A DNA stretch of 57,269 nt, filler included, from Platydemus manokwari (Eukaryota): assembly GCA_037951405.1 (NCBI GenBank). It is 5 parts of 5 records of this genome, joined end to end, with 100 filler letters (N's around TTAATTAATTAA, not from the genome) between each part and the next. Parts side by side here need not be neighbours in the genome. Positions count along the whole stretch, not along the records: positions 11,419 to 25,296 come from JBBMOY011589188.1; positions 25,397 to 34,621 come from JBBMOY011280984.1; 3 more parts are not named here. One strand, written 5' to 3'. The translations under genes were made by a program, and so were the position numbers. The notes under the pieces are model-generated. The model did no database searches, was not told the DNA's origin, and saw only the letters and a list, made by a program, of their open reading frames with translations. Every line of letters begins with the position of its first letter. Position 1 is the first letter of the stretch. Positions 23,022 through 34,721 of the stretch are shown in pieces.

Positions 23022-25222
23022 TAGGTGATTTTAAACAAAAATATCAACGTGAAAATTTTAATACTATTTTTATTGAAAGGAAAATTGATTGATTATTAAT
23101 ATTGTTTATCCAATTATTTTTTGTAAAATATTAGAAAATCAATAAAATTCTCTGATTGATTTCAAGCTATAATATCGGCGTAAATATAAACTAATTGAGA
23201 AGTCATGAATTTCGGGTGGTTTAAGATATCGTTATATCACAAATAGTTGTTTCATAAATATCGAATCTTGGCTTTTAATTATAAATATTTATGATTTAAA
23301 GCTGTTGATTTTGAGTAGTTTTCATCCTCTGAATATCGAACAGTTACCTCAGGTAATCTTAATCCAAATTTTAGGTAAAGATCATTTCAAGATTATTCCA
23401 AATCGTATAATTTAGTCATTGTAACCACTCTATTAAATACGATAATAATCCCAATCAGAGTTTTCTGAATGAACTACTGACAATTCCAACTGGTAATGCT
23501 CCGAAAAACTGATTTTAGAATTCTTTCGACTTATCAGTATCAAATAGTATCTCGAATCTACTGTTCATTAATGAATTCAAATCTTAGATCATTTCACAGT
23601 GACAGTCATAATCACTTGTTGCTATTTAATTACATTTCATTGTCAGAAAAGTCATTACAACAACAACGATTATTAAAATTAATCTTCATAATCATATCTC
23701 AAAGTTTCATTTCTCTTTCCATTGATGGATTAAAACATTTATAACCAAAATATATCCACAACGTGCACCACATGTAAAAGAAAAATGAAAGTGAAGTGGA
23801 TCACAGTCACCATCCATCAATGAAGGAATGAAATTACCTGATAATGATGAACAAGAAGAATTATAATATTGATTTACTTAAGCTTATCTGTTGCAATTTT
23901 TAATGGCTTCATCTGCAGTCCGCCAAAACTTATACAATTATAATAGAAAAATATCAGCGATTTTATCTAGATGTTTTTCTGATTAATCAATGACCCTGAA
24001 GATTTTTAAAGCTTTGAAATTTAATTGTTGAATATTCAAAACAAATAAACTATAAATATATTAAAAAGAGATGAACCAGATTTGATTCTGAGAAGATCAA
24101 CATCAAAAGTACAGATGTTAGAGTATACAGAATGTGGATGATATACGAGATAAATGAAAGAAAAGATAAAAGAGATTTTGTATAAAATAGAGACTAAAAT
24201 TGAATTTAATCACAATATACGTGAAAAAAAATGAAAGATTTTCAAGAAAGGAGGATGTAAGGATTTTTAAGTTTTGAATTTTAGATTTAAATCAATAACG
24301 TCACAATTCATTTCGAATATCTGCTACAAAAACTGTTAATCGTACGACAATAATACAATATTTTCCATCAAAATCCATAAAATAATTTATTTATCCAATG
24401 TTTCGAAAATCATCTTAATGATTGATTCCAATCTATTAAAAATTTTTAAAAATGTTTCTCTTAATTATGTTTATTATATTTTCTATCAGTGTTCAAATGA
24501 GCGAAAAGAATTAATTATTTCTCAGAACCAAACTCACAATTATAATTACTTATATTATTTTGAAAATATTTAAAATATTTATATTTCGGCTTTTTGACTT
24601 CGACGTAATTGAATTTAATTTTGTAAGCCTCATAAAGTAACAGCAAGACATAGCGAGGATAACAATAATACTCTGTTATTTAATATAATAAAGTTCAAAA
24701 AATAAATATTTAAAGGGGTTAAACCGCTGAAAGGTAATCACAAAATAATTATTCAGTTCCCGATCAAACGACAGGTGAATTTCGCTAATAGTCAGTTCAT
24801 TTTATACGCCTAAATCTATGTGTTAAGTTAGTGAAACAATTTTCCTTTTATGCTTATTATTTCGATGTTATATGACATGAATGATGACTGCTTGGTTTCT
24901 AATTCGCATTGGGATATTAAAATATTTATGCCTTTTTGTATTTTTCTATTGATCAAAAATGAAATTCGAATCAGTAACCGTTAGTTTGAGCACCTTTTAC
25001 AATGAGTTATTTAGGGATTTATTCCTCACAAGTTTACCACATTATCTCTATATATAAATTTATCCTATTAACAGCATGTAATGATTATAATGACAATAAT
25101 TATTATCATTATGAGGATTTATAATAAATTGAGATTTGAAAAATGTTTAAATCACATTTTTATAAAATATTAATTTTTCTGGATAATTTTAATTAAAAAT
25201 ATGATATGGAATCGTGACTTTT

Positions 25223-25296
25223 TATTAGGTTGTAAATAAAGTTCGCGGACAAAATTGGAAATAAAAATTTGTTGTACATAAATTTATTTAAAACAA
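25223..25296 (+). mobile_element. Mariner (Tc1/mariner) transposon end: TA TSD plus TIR, cut by contig end
   Basis: TA|TTAGGTTGTAAATAAAGTTCGCGGAC...; TTAGGTTG is a typical mariner TIR start. The 74 bp are identical to 57196-57269. Confidence 0.75.
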
Positions 25297-25396
25297 NNNN
25301 NNNNNNNNNNNNNNNNNNNNNNNNNNNNNNNNNNNNNNNNTTAATTAATTAANNNNNNNNNNNNNNNNNNNNNNNNNNNNNNNNNNNNNNNNNNNN
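25297..25396. other. Artificial contig linker
   Basis: N44-TTAATTAATTAA-N44. Confidence 0.98.
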
Positions 25397-26559
25397 GAAT
25401 TAATACAATTGCAACATACATTCAAATTAAACGACGAGCATAAATTATATTCTCAATGGAATTGAACTTAATTACTTATTGAAATATTCAGGACTCTCAA
25501 CATAACCAGTAATTATTTCTGAAACATGCACATTACAAACTAAATGAATTCATTTACTTCTCAAAATTTTAAACACAAATTGGCTTGAAATTTCAGCAAA
25601 TGAAGTTCAAGACTGATAATTCTGTGAAAATTTTTCTTTTATTTTTTCAATGAACTGAGAAAACACATCAATACATATAAATATTCATATTCTTTAGTTT
25701 TGATCAGCACACCTAAACTTAATGGGAATTCATAAATATTATCCATTAAATATTGATTGTAATTTTAATTGGTTAATTTTACTTAATCATATTACGAATT
25801 TTAAGAAAACGTTTTTAACTGAGCTAAACTGTTTATTATTGAAACGAAATTGGATTTGTTTCAGTGTCAATCAATTAGCAATCCCCATTGCCTGCGTACA
25901 ATTTTTAAATATGTGTTTTATCGATTGTTATACGTGTGTGATTAAATAAATTAATTGATATTTCAAATTTTGTTTTTTACAAAAATCTTGCTAATTTATT
26001 TAGATTATTTTATTTCCAATAATTATTAGCGCTATTTAAATTTTTTATTTTCATTCTTAGCTCTCTTGATTTTTATTCATTTCTCTCATATTTTCGCAAA
26101 CCTTTTGTTTTAGCCTAAGCTCTGGAAATGCGCCATTTGATCTAAGCACGCCATGAAAAATTTCAAAAGCAAGTAATTTTATAATTTAATTTAATTTATT
26201 TTTTTTCGAGTATATTTTGAAAATTAATTTTAGATCAAAATCTCATAATGATTTAATTTGTTTTTAAATACCATAGATATGTTAATTCTTTTTGACTGAA
26301 TATAAAAATATGCAGCATTAACTTGGACTGGATTTATTTCTCTACAAACAAAGTTTAAAAACATGTGTTAAAGTTATTTGTGTCGATTAACTTATTTATA
26401 GTTTGCCCCAGAAATAATTGTGAGTTAAATGCCAATAAACAGATTTTACAAAATACAAAGTTAATTTTCATTTATCATAAGAGGCCATTGGCAGTATAAA
26501 TTCTTTAAAATAAAATTTAAAAGTGAAATTGACAATTATTTAAATTTTATTTCATCATA

Positions 26560-27230
26560 GTCTTGTGTGGGATTTGTCAGATATTCAACGTTACGCTATC
26601 AATTTATTCATTCATTGATATTGAATTCATCGACTTTCAGATGTTGTATACAGCCATCTATATGTTTGCAAATGTATATCTCAGATTTCGCAATATCAAA
26701 AATGAAACCTATAATTGCTGATATGTTTATCGTTTTTAAATTTTTTTTTAACTCAAAAAAATAATTCGCAAATAAAATTCTATAATAATTATTGGGGTTA
26801 TCATTTACAATCTCATCCAAACTTAACATTTAACTGATCAGAAAATCGTCTAAATTGTCAATCAATATTCCTGAACTGATAGTTTATAATAATCAAATAT
26901 AAAATTGGAGAATAATATTAAACCTTATGCTTTGCAAAGAATAAACATTAATATCAAAGTTTTGTCATAATCAATGCCATCCCAATTTGTTGAAATATAT
27001 AATAATTATTATAAAATTAAAGAAATTCAATCTGAAAATTAAGAATGGACAAATAATATCCTGAAGCCATGAAATAAATCTCCAATAAAATCAATAAATA
27101 CCAAATGTTTTATTAAATGACACAGGATTACAAAAATATTTTGTTTTTTCATGAATTTTGCTACGTGAACAAAATGCCTTGCAATAAAATAGCTACAATC
27201 TAAAAAACAACAAATAAGTGCAAAATACAA
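26560..27230 (-). pseudogene. Possible disrupted F-box + SMI1/KNR4-like (FBXO3-like) gene
   Basis: ICCFLD...HVAKF...LIKHLVFIDF resembles an F-box. LSLDEIV...GFIFDIAKSEIY resembles SMI1/KNR4. Stops between the segments. Confidence 0.22.
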
Positions 27231-27269
27231 GATAAATCTATTTATAAAAGTAGCACAAAATGCATTCTT

Positions 27270-28331
27270 TCAATGATGCCGCTTTTTATTATAAGATTTT
27301 ATTAGTGACGGGACTAAGTTGATATTTAATGAACTTATATAAATAATCATTAATATAGTACCACAGTTCTTTAGAAATACTTGCACGGTTTTACCTGGAT
27401 AATAAGTAGAGGCAAAGATTAAGATTGCAGAGGTAGCAATCATTATGAATGATATCATAGATAATGTAAATACCTCGATACAAGATCTGATCTCAGAAGT
27501 TCGACAAATTTTATTTTCATTGTTTTGGTGAGGTGTAAATTTTTTTAAATATTTGGAATGATTTATCAGAGCATGTATTAAAACAAGATTGATTATCAAA
27601 TGGATAAAAATCCAAATGAGTCCAAGTGGATGAAAAAGTAAGACATAATAATTGTAAATTCTATTGAAATCATGATCAACACTTATAAAACAATTAAACT
27701 TTCTTGTAAAATTTAAATTTTCTCTTTTATATATCATCCAATGTGGAACACAGCAAATCACATTAAATGATATTGAAATAATAATAGTGATAATTGATGT
27801 TTTAATACCCCATAATCGATCTTGGAGTGGCATTTGTATTGCCAAAGACCTGTCTATTCCACAAATTAATAAAATTAATAAAGACATCTGGTTCCAGAAA
27901 TAAAACAATGCGTGTCTTATTTTACAAAACAAATTACTTACAGATTCAAAAACCCAATGATATTTACCTTCAGATATCACAGGAAGTGCCATACGGGGAA
28001 AATAAATTAGCCAAATAGAAACAATATTAGTCAATATATCTGAGACAGCTAAAGCTATCATGTACACTTTGTGCTTGGTAAAATGACGCAATCTACATAA
28101 TCGATAAATAACTAAACCATTTACAGCCAATCCAACAATAGTCATTATAGTGTTGAAATAACTAACCATGAATGCAATAAATACATTAAAATTACAAGAT
28201 GCATCAACAGCTGCAGTATCATTAAACAATTTTAATCTTACCACAGCACAGTCAACCATATAAGTATACTGATTCACGTATTCGGGATTTCTAATGTAAC
28301 CATTTATAATGTCTTTGTATTTCTGAGACAT
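27270..28331 (-). CDS. Intronless class A (rhodopsin-like) orphan GPCR, 353 aa
   Basis: Seven hydrophobic helices. TM1 GLAVN, TM2 YMIALAVSD, EC1 Cys (FCK), TM3 DRSLAIQMP (DRY variant), EC2 Cys, TM7 SSLNIN. Resembles the expanded flatworm orphan chemoreceptor-like families. Confidence 0.9.
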   Translation of the reverse strand: MSQKYKDIINGYIRNPEYVNQYTYMVDCAVVRLKLFNDTAAVDASCNFNVFIAFMVSYFNTIMTIVGLAVNGLVIYRLCRLRHFTKHKVYMIALAVSDILTNIVSIWLIYFPRMALPVISEGKYHWVFESVSNLFCKIRHALFYFWNQMSLLILLICGIDRSLAIQMPLQDRLWGIKTSIITIIISISFNVICCVPHWMIYKRENLNFTRKFNCFISVDHDFNRIYNYYVLLFHPLGLIWIFIHLIINLVLIHALINHSKYLKKFTPHQNNENKICRTSEIRSCIEVFTLSMISFIMIATSAILIFASTYYPGKTVQVFLKNCGTILMIIYISSLNINLVPSLIKSYNKKRHH

Positions 28332-29259
28332 GAAAAATATAAAATTTCAAGATTTTTCATGACATAATATAGCTATACTTGGCTAGCAACCTTAGCAAAT
28401 CAGATGTAGTAAAGCAAATTCAGTGAATATTTGATTTGGAATTTCTACATCATTTTTGTAAAAATTTTGTCATTGGTTGTTTGTATTAAAGTTATTTAAT
28501 TTCAATAGGGAGAGCTAAATTTAGTAAATTTCATTCCAGAAAATTTATATTTATATAATTACTTGTTAGTATAAATTAGTGTATTTTATTAAGATGATTC
28601 TATGTTAATACGAAAATGAAACTGAGATTATTCGTTATGGAAGCATTATTCTCATTATTGTCATATGGTTATATGTTAGCAGTCTATATGAAAATAAACG
28701 AGTATATCGATTCGATAATTCCTAGTTTTCACATTTACCATACCTTGAGAATACCTGTTAAGTCATTAATACTTATTCACTTTAATTTTGCTTTATAATA
28801 ATCACACAAACGAGCATAGTACCTAAAATAAATTCAATTTTTTGTTATTCAATTGTTACACTTTGAGGTCACTCTTTTGTATTCTTTACTATTATTTTTT
28901 TTTATTGATCGAATTCTACGTTTTTTCGGTACTTTGAGCCCGTCTAGACCCTCAGGTAGTAATATGACATTATGAGTTTTGATGTTTATTCGCTTCGACA
29001 ATCGCAACTTATATGGAGATAAGAGGATCGGCGTAGAAATCGATATTATTATTTTATTCTTATCCCTTGCCTCAATTATCGTCTCCTCACTCTTATTATC
29101 AGTCTCTCTTATTAATTTATTTAACAAAATATTCCCAAAATCGGTGATGAATGATAATGACGTATATATGCTATGAATTGGTGATACCTTATGTCAACTG
29201 GCAATTTAAAAATCAACTCGATATTTGGGTTATGAATGTTTATTGTTATTACAATTATA

Positions 29260-29390
29260 CACCAATTACTACTTTTATACAATTATGGGGCTATAAATTA
29301 CTACTTGTATGGTATTGTATACAATTATTAGCAATGAATATAAATTACTACGATATACAATGACTTTATACAACTACTTTTATACACTTA
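29260..29390. repeat. Degenerate short tandem repeat (aattactacttttatac-like units)
   Basis: Variants of the motif recur about four times within 130 bp. Confidence 0.4.
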
Positions 29391-31090
29391 AACGCTGGAT
29401 TAATTTGATTTGCAAATTCTGTGGAAGCAGATGTTAGACCAACAGTTACCCTTTTTTGCTATTGGGTCAGTGTCCTTTTCTTCAGAGTTTTATCCAAGTT
29501 CGGCTAGATAAATAGAAAGAAAATGCGAGATAAATAGAGCAATGTGTATTTTATAGTAATTATTCTTACATGATCTCGACCTCAAATAGACAGTATAATT
29601 AAATACTCTTCCTATATTACTATATAGCATAAACTGGATTGCACTGCTTCAGAGAAATTGAGGGCTTCGACGGCTAAATTATCTTCTTTACTTCACATAA
29701 CCTTCTAGTGGTTTCCAAATAAGACCTGGGTTTACTTTGTATCAGGTGGGTTCGAAATTAAACTAAATTATCATCATATTTAATTATGATAAAAAGATTT
29801 AATTAAATATTATAATAAATTAAAACGTTTAATGTTTTAATCGTGACAAAAGATTTTACCCAATTTTTACTATTTACATTTTCGATTAAATTGTTATTAT
29901 TAATGCTATTTTTGTCGAAAAAAAACATCCAAATATTTTTTAGAGATTAAAATTCGTTTAAAATTCTGCTTCGAGAAGCAAAAAAGTAAGGATTACACAT
30001 CAGAATTAATATTTATTTTACAGTAAAACGATTAAAATGCTATTTTTATACATCAATATCAATGGCATGCAAAACGTTTTGATGTTTTTTTCCCGGAACT
30101 CCAACACAATTGTAACCAAAGAGATTCAAGACACTATCGCATTTTTGGTATTGTTTTATTTTTCACATTTCTGTTACCATCATAATTTCCTGACAGTGAT
30201 AATTTCTGTAGGCTTTTAGCATTAGGTTTCAATAAACCAGCATTATACTGACTGCATTGTAAGTGCTATTTCATTAAATTTAACAAAATATTGAAACCCA
30301 CTAGATACCATACAATGCTATTAAATATTCATGAAACAATTTAAAGATGAAATAATTTATCAGTTCATATTTCTTTTAAAAATGATTGCAGATATTTTAA
30401 GTGATAAATATTCAAATAAAAATTTTTGATAATAATACAGCAAATATAAGTTAAAAATTTCATTTACAAAATTTCTTTCACTGAGTGAGTTTTTAAAGTC
30501 TGGGAAAGTGAGATTGTAAAATAATACAGATAATAGCTTTCCATTATTCATATTTTATTGGAATATTTTAAGCTTAGTTCAAATGATAATGTTTAAAGTA
30601 TTTTATTATTTATTGCAATTAATATTTTTTAGTGTTCCTGTAAAACAAAATTTTTGTTAACATAATTTCAAAAATATAGCTGAGTTATAATTTATTAAAT
30701 CTAAGGTTTTATAAGGTTTTAATAAAATGATAAAATTTCGATATCTTTATTCATCGCAGATCTTTCATTTTTTGCTTTATTCACATTAGAAAAATCGTTA
30801 TTACAAATCTGACAAAAATATCGTCTCAGTTGTTAGCTTCCACCAATTTATCCATTTTTAAATATAAAAATTAACTCTTTAAAATGTTGATAAGTAAATT
30901 AAAATTTATTGAAGTAAATTAAAAAAGATTTCTTAAAAAATTAGAAAATTCTTGATAACGTGTAATTTATTTTGAAGATACATTTATGATTATTTTTGGT
31001 AAGCATTATATATGTGTAGAATGCTAAAAAATATGAAGTTGATAAAAATGATGATGACAAAATTTATATGAAAAAATCCTTATATCAGAT

Positions 31091-31350
31091 TGTGTTAATC
31101 AAAAACTTTCAGAATTCATTATCCGAAAATTTAACGATAAAATGAATTGGGTAGTGCTTTCGGAAGATCAAGAGTTATCTGAAGATTTTATTCGGAAATT
31201 TCAAGATTAAGTTAATTAAGAAGCAATTTCATATTGTCAAAAAGTATCTGAAGATTTTACTTTCAGTAAAGTAATTTAGTTTTTTATATCAAATTTTCAA
31301 AAATTATCGGAATCTTTTATTTGAGAATTTCAAAGATAAAGAAGATTGTT
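31091..31350 (+). pseudogene. Decayed viral-type tryptophan-repeat (23-aa repeat) gene
   Basis: One frame reads NQKLSEFIIRKFNDKMNWVVLSEDQELSEDFIRKFQD*VN*EAISYCQKVSEDF...ISNFQKLSESFI*EFQ: four copies of the QKLSEDFIREFxDKVNWxxISxY repeat known from entomopoxviruses and other large DNA viruses. Confidence 0.7.
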
Positions 31351-31425
31351 GTTAAAAATTATTTGTCTTACATAATTTTTAAATCTAAAAATGGCTTTTG
31401 TTGAGATAAAAATAAAATAATTTTT

Positions 31426-31587
31426 AATAACCATGAAAATATTCCTTCGTCTTTTACACTGTTAATTATTGGTAGTACTGGTTATAATAAAACTCAATTA
31501 CTTTTTAAAATATTATTAACATTAGGCTTTTTAGAAAATGAGAATTTAATAATATTTTCCAAAACTGCTTATCAAGAAGATTGCTGA
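31426..31587 (+). mobile_element. Polinton/Maverick (adintovirus)-type packaging ATPase N-terminal fragment
   Basis: NNHENIPSSFTLLIIGSTGYNKTQLLFKILLTLGFLENENLIIFSKTAYQED: degenerate Walker A (GSTGYNKT, 31471-31494) plus the downstream L.IFSK..Q motif typical of Polinton A32-like ATPases. Confidence 0.65.
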
Positions 31588-32341
31588 AGTTACTTCCCAT
31601 ATTGCTGAAGCAGTTGTCACTGCAGTAAATCAAGGAGAACAAGCTGAGAAAACAGACTCAAAGCTAGCTAAAACCAATATAGGCCAGACACGGTCTGATT
31701 TTGTTTATAATAATAATATGGAATCCAACTATACTAGACTCTATTAAACTTCGTTACAATTATAAATATACATAAGAAATAAAGTATTGAAGAAACATAA
31801 AAAAATAAATTTTAAAAATTCTTGCATTAAATAGAAAAAATAAAATGAATCAAATTCAAAATTTTTCTTACAAAAATTAAAACTAAACAAACAAAAATTT
31901 ATTTTGCTATGACAAATTATTTCTTTTAAATGACCTAAGGTCACACAAAAAGAATCGAAGATCAAAATTAAGAAATTAATTCAAAAATCTAATTTATTAA
32001 CTACGTCGGTAAGTCAATTTAGCAACTCAAGTAACTAAAAACAGTCGGATGTTGCTAAATTAAGACATGACATCTAGAGAGTCCCTACAATTAGTAACAA
32101 AAGCAGACAATAAATTCGCACACGAATATGACGCATGCGATGTAGAAATCTGATTATAATCGCAAGCAGATTTAGTCTGATTTAAATTAAAAAATGTAAT
32201 CTTAAATAAAAAATAAAGATGTAATACAAAAATGTGCATTAAAACGAAGATCAATCAAATGGAAACAAATTTAAAATATTTTAAAATTTAGTTTAAATTG
32301 ATGTATTATAAATATATATATCTACTTGTTCTGTTGAAAAC

Positions 32342-33735
32342 ATGTCTTTTGGTTTAAATATTAAAAGCAAAGTAGATTTAGTAACTTACATTGCAACCAC
32401 GCTCTTAAATGCGAAACTTAATTCACTGCTACCAGCAATATTTAAGATGTGTGATAATGTAAAACACTTTATTAAAAAATGTCATCGCTATTTTGAGGCT
32501 AGAAAAATACTAAAGCACACTCAATATGCTATTGAATTAGCATGGTTGGATGACGGTTTAGTGGAACAATTTTTCAAGATGAACTAAGATGACAAAATGA
32601 GGGAGTCGTTTGACAAAGGGAACGCCTTCGCTCAGATATGGATGGGGGATCTGTGGTGTCGAAAGAAAGCCGCATCATCAGCCCTTTATTTTAAAAAAGT
32701 GGATAAGCTAGTAGAAGACTTTGTCTCACAACATGATTAAAGAGGAGCTAACTGCTTTCCTATTGATACATTGTGCAGACAATGTTGAATTGGGGAAGGA
32801 AACAAAGATGATTAGCAAAGCGGAAGAGGAAGGGAGACGAGAAAGAAGTAAGTAAATTAAAGATCAAGGAGTTGAAGCATAAGCAGATTTATTATGATCA
32901 AATGCAAGGGAAACTGAACATAACTATAAAAATAGAGAATAAAGAAGTTAAATGCTTGATAGACACTGGAGCAAGAGTAAATGTCATGGATAGGAGGATA
33001 GTGGAGAAACTCGAACAAGTAGAATTCGAATATACAAGTGAAAGTTTACGATATCCTAACGACAGTAAATTAGGGATTTTTTGTTAAACAAGAATCAAGG
33101 TCAGGTTAAGAAATCAGTCCAATATGATATCATTCTTAATAGTGGAGCACATCAAACCGAAGATTATAGGCAAAATAGAGTTTTAAGAAGAATTTGGATT
33201 AGAGTTACAATGGAAAAAGGACTCTCAACACAAAGAAACAGAAGTAAACACCGCCATCTGTGAAATAACTGCGAGCTTTGGTAGAAGTATAATAAATGAA
33301 AATAGATTCAAGAAAACAAAAGAATGTCTTGCGATGAAAGAAAGACTTCATTTACGGGAAATATTAAAAGTGAAAAGTAACGTATTCGTGACAGGTCATT
33401 GAGGTATTGGTTGTGCAAAGTTAGTAAAACATAAGATTGTAAAAAATGGCAGTACCATAAATTTCAAACTTCGAAGACAACCAGCAAATTTAGAAGGAAA
33501 GATAGAAGCGGTAATCAAGAATTTAAGAGAAAACAACATTATAAAAAGATGCAATTCACCGTGTAATACGCAACTTGTATGTTTATGAAAAAAATATAGA
33601 AAGGATATAAGATCATACCTTGATTTTCTACAACTTAAACTTAATAACGGAGACAAGCGTTTCCCATGCCAAATATAGAAGAACTATTAGACACCCTACA
33701 CGGGTCTAAGTATTTCACGTAAGCAGATTCGGAAA
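32342..33735 (+). mobile_element. Ty3/Gypsy gag-protease-RT N-terminal remnant
   Basis: Gag-like 32342-32800; protease CLIDTGARVNVM; GIGCAKLVKHKI; IIKRCNSPCNTQLV; FPMPNIEELLDTLHGSKYFT. Truncated in RT, with stops and frameshifts. Confidence 0.85.
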
Positions 33736-34169
33736 ATTTTATTAGTCACATTATTTTAACTCGAACACTTAATTTTCTAAAATTTTGAATAATATTTACC
33801 TATCGAAAGTCGAAAACATAATAATATATTTCAATCAAGGTTAATATATATAATTTTAAATAATATTTATTTTGACTCTCTCGAAATATAGATTTTACTG
33901 TTCTTAGTATTATGAAACATCAAATGCTAAGTGACGTTTTGAAATACAAAAAGAAGATAATTAAAACAATACAAAAATGAATTGATGCCAGAAATACTTC
34001 ATAAAGAGATATCAAATTGTGTGTTGGGATCATTCAGACAACAGCGCAACATATCATATTTACTTATTGATACAGATTTACTGATGACAAGCAAATTTCT
34101 TTGTCCAATTGGAAAACTGCGACTAGTGAGTGCACTCATCAATTCAAGATAATGTATAGGGAAAATGCA

Positions 34170-34390
34170 GACGTAACCATGGTTGCAGACATGGCAAATA
34201 ACTGATTTTTTCAGCATTACATTGTTTGAAACAATAAGGGCAAAATTTTATTAAAGATTTTATTAATTTAAGAGCACACTTCATAGTCCCTGTTAGTGTT
34301 TGGATCAATAATTATACTGAAGTAAATCTAGATATGAATTTAAGAATATTAATTAATGAGTTAAGATCAAGAAGCTTCGAAAATTGAATA
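34170..34390 (+). mobile_element. Possible hAT C-terminal dimerisation-domain remnant
   Basis: IFSALHCLK resembles ERxFSxLxxLK, and the segment ends INE...KLRK. Confidence 0.35.
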
Positions 34391-34621
34391 TAGGCAACCA
34401 TTGTCGCAATTTATGTGGCCTTTGTTAAAATAAATAGTTCTCAATTATTAACACTACATTTAATTATTTTATTTATTCATTAGATTTTATTTTATTTATT
34501 TATTACATTAATTTATTTATTTATTTATTACATTAATATTTAATTATAATTAATAATATTTTCAATCACATAAATGTAAAATTAAAACAAAATAATTTAT
34601 GTTTGACAACACAAAGTCTAC

Positions 34622-34721
34622 NNNNNNNNNNNNNNNNNNNNNNNNNNNNNNNNNNNNNNNNNNNNTTAATTAATTAANNNNNNNNNNNNNNNNNNNNNNN
34701 NNNNNNNNNNNNNNNNNNNNN
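34622..34721. other. Artificial contig linker
   Basis: N44-TTAATTAATTAA-N44. Confidence 0.98.

Noticed and set aside
31091-31350. 69-bp periodicity as a CRISPR-like array
   Set aside because: The periodicity is a protein repeat (23 aa) with codon-level divergence; eukaryotic context, no cas genes.
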